Shown here in pieces: positions 61,325 through 64,000 of a stretch of DNA of 64,000 nt. Below the pieces are notes generated by a model, which worked only from the letters and a program-made list of their open reading frames with translations, ran no database searches and had not been told where the DNA came from. This DNA is from Mobula hypostoma (Eukaryota), in NCBI RefSeq assembly GCF_963921235.1, contig NC_086108.1:87980001-88044000 (forward strand). Reading direction: 5' to 3'. The position numbers and the translations under genes are program-made. Each line of letters starts with the position of its first letter. Within the stretch, counting starts at the first letter, position 1.

Positions 61325-64000
61325 TGTGGATGCATTGTAAGTGTGAAATCGTACTTTGATGTCTAGCACATAAAATATTGAGCCCCACGTTAGGCCAGCC
61401 AGACTTTTCTACTGGAAGTGCCTCAATATGATGCCTACAGTATCTCGTTTTGTCAAATAAACAGGCTGCTTCAAAGCTATCAGTACTTTTCTCTGGAGAC
61501 TTTATTCATGCAACAAAATTTGGTGTCACAACCCATCGTGTGGCCTGCAATCTTAGCAGTTTAAGTGGGTGAGTATTTTTAAAATGAACACTCAAACTTG
61601 TCTGTTCAGGTTGGCGGTACATGGGAATGCGAGGTTTCATGAACACAGACAGCTGAAATGGTAGATATCAAAGCAGTGCGTGCACATGCATGTGCTTTTA
61701 TGTAAGAGACAAAACTTTGCGTGTAAATTGGTGAGACAGAGCCACCAGTTGCAGAGGATGATTATTGGGGCGTGTACACTCATTGCGAGGGCTGCATTTT
61801 AGCATACACATTTTGCAAGTGTGTGTGCCCCTGGTGCAACAGTTGGAAGCAAGGAATTACAGCAGGCATCATGAGTTCAGGCGTACAAAAGTGGCAGATT
61901 ACAGAATACCTACTCTGCGGTTCTAAGTATGTACTGTTTAACTGGTTCATTTATATTTTGCCTAGTGTGGGAATTAGCGTGGAGACACTTCAGGGAGAGG
62001 ATTTACTCAGATATATCTGTCACGATGGCACCTACTGAGTTCAGGCAACGTCAGGTCGGGGATCCTGATGATCCGAGCCAGCCACTGATGCCGATTAGGA
62101 CTATTCATAAGCCCTTCACCCCCGGGGAGAAATAGAGCATTTGTCAGAGTTGCCCTCACTTAAAGTTGCATGTGGGAGTTCGGAATTCTGGCCCAAGCTC
62201 GAGGAAATGGTTGAAATTCACCAGATGCACCCTAAAGATATAAATGTGTTGATAAAAGCAAAGTGCCCGAGGAATATGTGGGACAGGATGGCCCAAGGGG
62301 TGCGGGATGGTACACAGGCAACTACTGGGAACACCAGCAATGAAGAAAGATATCTCTCTCTTAAAGGGGAAGTGAGGCAGGGACTTAGTGGGGGCGGGGG
62401 GAGAGCAACTGGGGAACGATAATAGCAGTGATTCAAAGAGCTGATGAGATAGCTATGGATTATCCAGAATGTAAATATCGGGCATATGAGGAGTATTGAG
62501 GGTTAGGTAATCCAGGGAGGGACATCCCAGTCTTCCTGAAAATGCCAAAGGAAGGCTTGAGCTCAGCCCACTAGGAAGTTTTGGATTTAGGGATAGCAGT
62601 GGGTTTGACCTACTCTGTGATAGTTTCATGGGCCAGTGAGATAGAACAAAGGAAGTGCAAGAGAAATAGTAAAGTGGCTATAGAAGATGCTGTTGCTGTG
62701 ATGTCACAGAGGGTTTGCTTTGTGTGCCAGCAGCCGGGGCATGTAGCAAGGAATTGCTGGAATAAACGTGGGAGGATAAAGGAGCTGATATGCTATAGCT
62801 GTGGCCTATCGGGGCATGGTTGGAGGCAGTGTCCAAAAACAAGGAAAGAAAAACCCCATCGGTGCCCAGTCTGATCAATCTGACTACTGATCAGATCACG
62901 GAGCAGGTGAAGATGACTTCTTGGTCAGAAAAAGATGTGACAGTGGCCCCCACTACCAGCGCTGATGAACCGTGGATGTACACAACAGCATTGTTAGGGG
63001 GCCGGTAATGCGATATGTTAGTTGACATTGGCATTGGTACCGATAACTGACCTACCCTACCCAATAACTGGACGGGCTATTTATATTAAGGATGTAGGAG
63101 GAATAACGGTGAAAGCAGAAATAAGCCAATCGTAGATACTTGAAATTGGTGGGGTGCAGCTTCCAGTGTATTTCTGGGTCTATCCAAATAATGAGGGTAC
63201 TGTCCTTGAACTAACATACTAAAGGAAGCAGGGGCCATTATAGAATCTGAAAAGGGAGAAACAATATGGACAAGTCAGGGGCAGCAAATATGTACAACCG
63301 ACAGAGGACACAACATAGCCAGCGTAGCTGCACTGACAGCTGTTCACAAGTCAGTAACGATAGATACGGATGCTGGAATGAATCCCACAAGCTCCATCCT
63401 AACAGGGGGGGGAGGCACACGAGTGCCAGATGGAAGTAGAGCAGGAGGAAGATATCGGTGTGAAGGAAGCACTTCTGAAAGGGGAAGCAGAGGAATTTTT
63501 TATAGACGGGTCTCGGAGGTACATAGACAGGAAGCCATGGACTTGAAGGGCTGTGGTGAAGGAAACAGATGAAGAATTAGCTTTAGGAGCACTGCCAGAA
63601 GGTTGCTCAGCTCAGGTAGTGGAACTGGGATGAACAATGTGATTACCTTTTGGGGCAATTCTGGGTCGTAGTGAGTCCGGACTTATAGAACATAGAACAT
63701 AGAATAGTACAGCACAGTACAGGCCCTTTGGCCTCAATGTTGTGCCGACCCTCAAACCCTGCCTCCCATATCAGTCCTCACCTTAAATTCCTCCATATAC
63801 CTGTCTAGTAGTCTCTTAAACTTCACTAGTGTATCTGCCTCCACCACTGACTCAGGCAGTGCATTATAGGGACAGAATGACACAGTATGTGAAACAACTT
63901 TGTAACCAACGTAAAATGTTAAAGGACCGAGTAAAACAATAGCAGCACATTGCCGATCAGAGAGAGCCAGAGGGAAGGGAGATAGTCCTCCCACAGATGA
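61325..64000 (+). mobile_element. Defective endogenous retrovirus (LTR, PBS, gag, pro, RNase H and integrase C-terminal remnants), continuing past the window end
   Basis: LTR with AATAAA ending caaca at 61515 (start uncertain), PBS-like TGG at 61521, two CCHC knuckles (CFVCQQPGHVARNC, CYSCGLSGHGWRQC), protease MLVDIG and DVGG, RNase H FFIDGS...LPEGCSAQVVEL. Confidence 0.82.
63689..63863 (-). mobile_element. CR1 3' fragment inserted in the ERV
   Basis: (ttctatg)n tail on the minus strand, NALPESVVEADTLVKFKRLLDRYM, flanked by a repeated ttatag. Confidence 0.75.

Overview
Repeat-rich vertebrate genomic DNA. The CR1, Rex/Babar, Penelope and RTE repeat mix suggests a cartilaginous fish such as a ray; this is an inference. 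Two spliced genes lie in tandem on the minus strand. TIE1 contributes its last five coding exons (kinase C-lobe to stop, 60921->53671). MPL, the thrombopoietin receptor, contributes coding exons 1-11 (30697->2909), and its final exon lies beyond the window start. All 16 exons were read by hand, have GT-AG boundaries and join in frame. The rest is mostly mobile DNA: CR1 and Rex/Babar LINEs, Penelope-like elements carrying minimal hammerhead ribozymes (several as TSD-flanked palindromes with one ribozyme on each strand), short RTE-derived elements, hAT and Tc1/mariner elements, two solo LTRs and a deleted endogenous retrovirus in a TIE1 intron. Highlights are a short RTE-derived element that appears to have captured a coding fragment of CYHR1/ZFTRAF1, the palindromic hammerhead elements, a co-varying structured RTE 5' RNA, and MPL carrying RFIFP instead of RWQFP at the W515 position. 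Homology calls come from motif recognition, not database searches.
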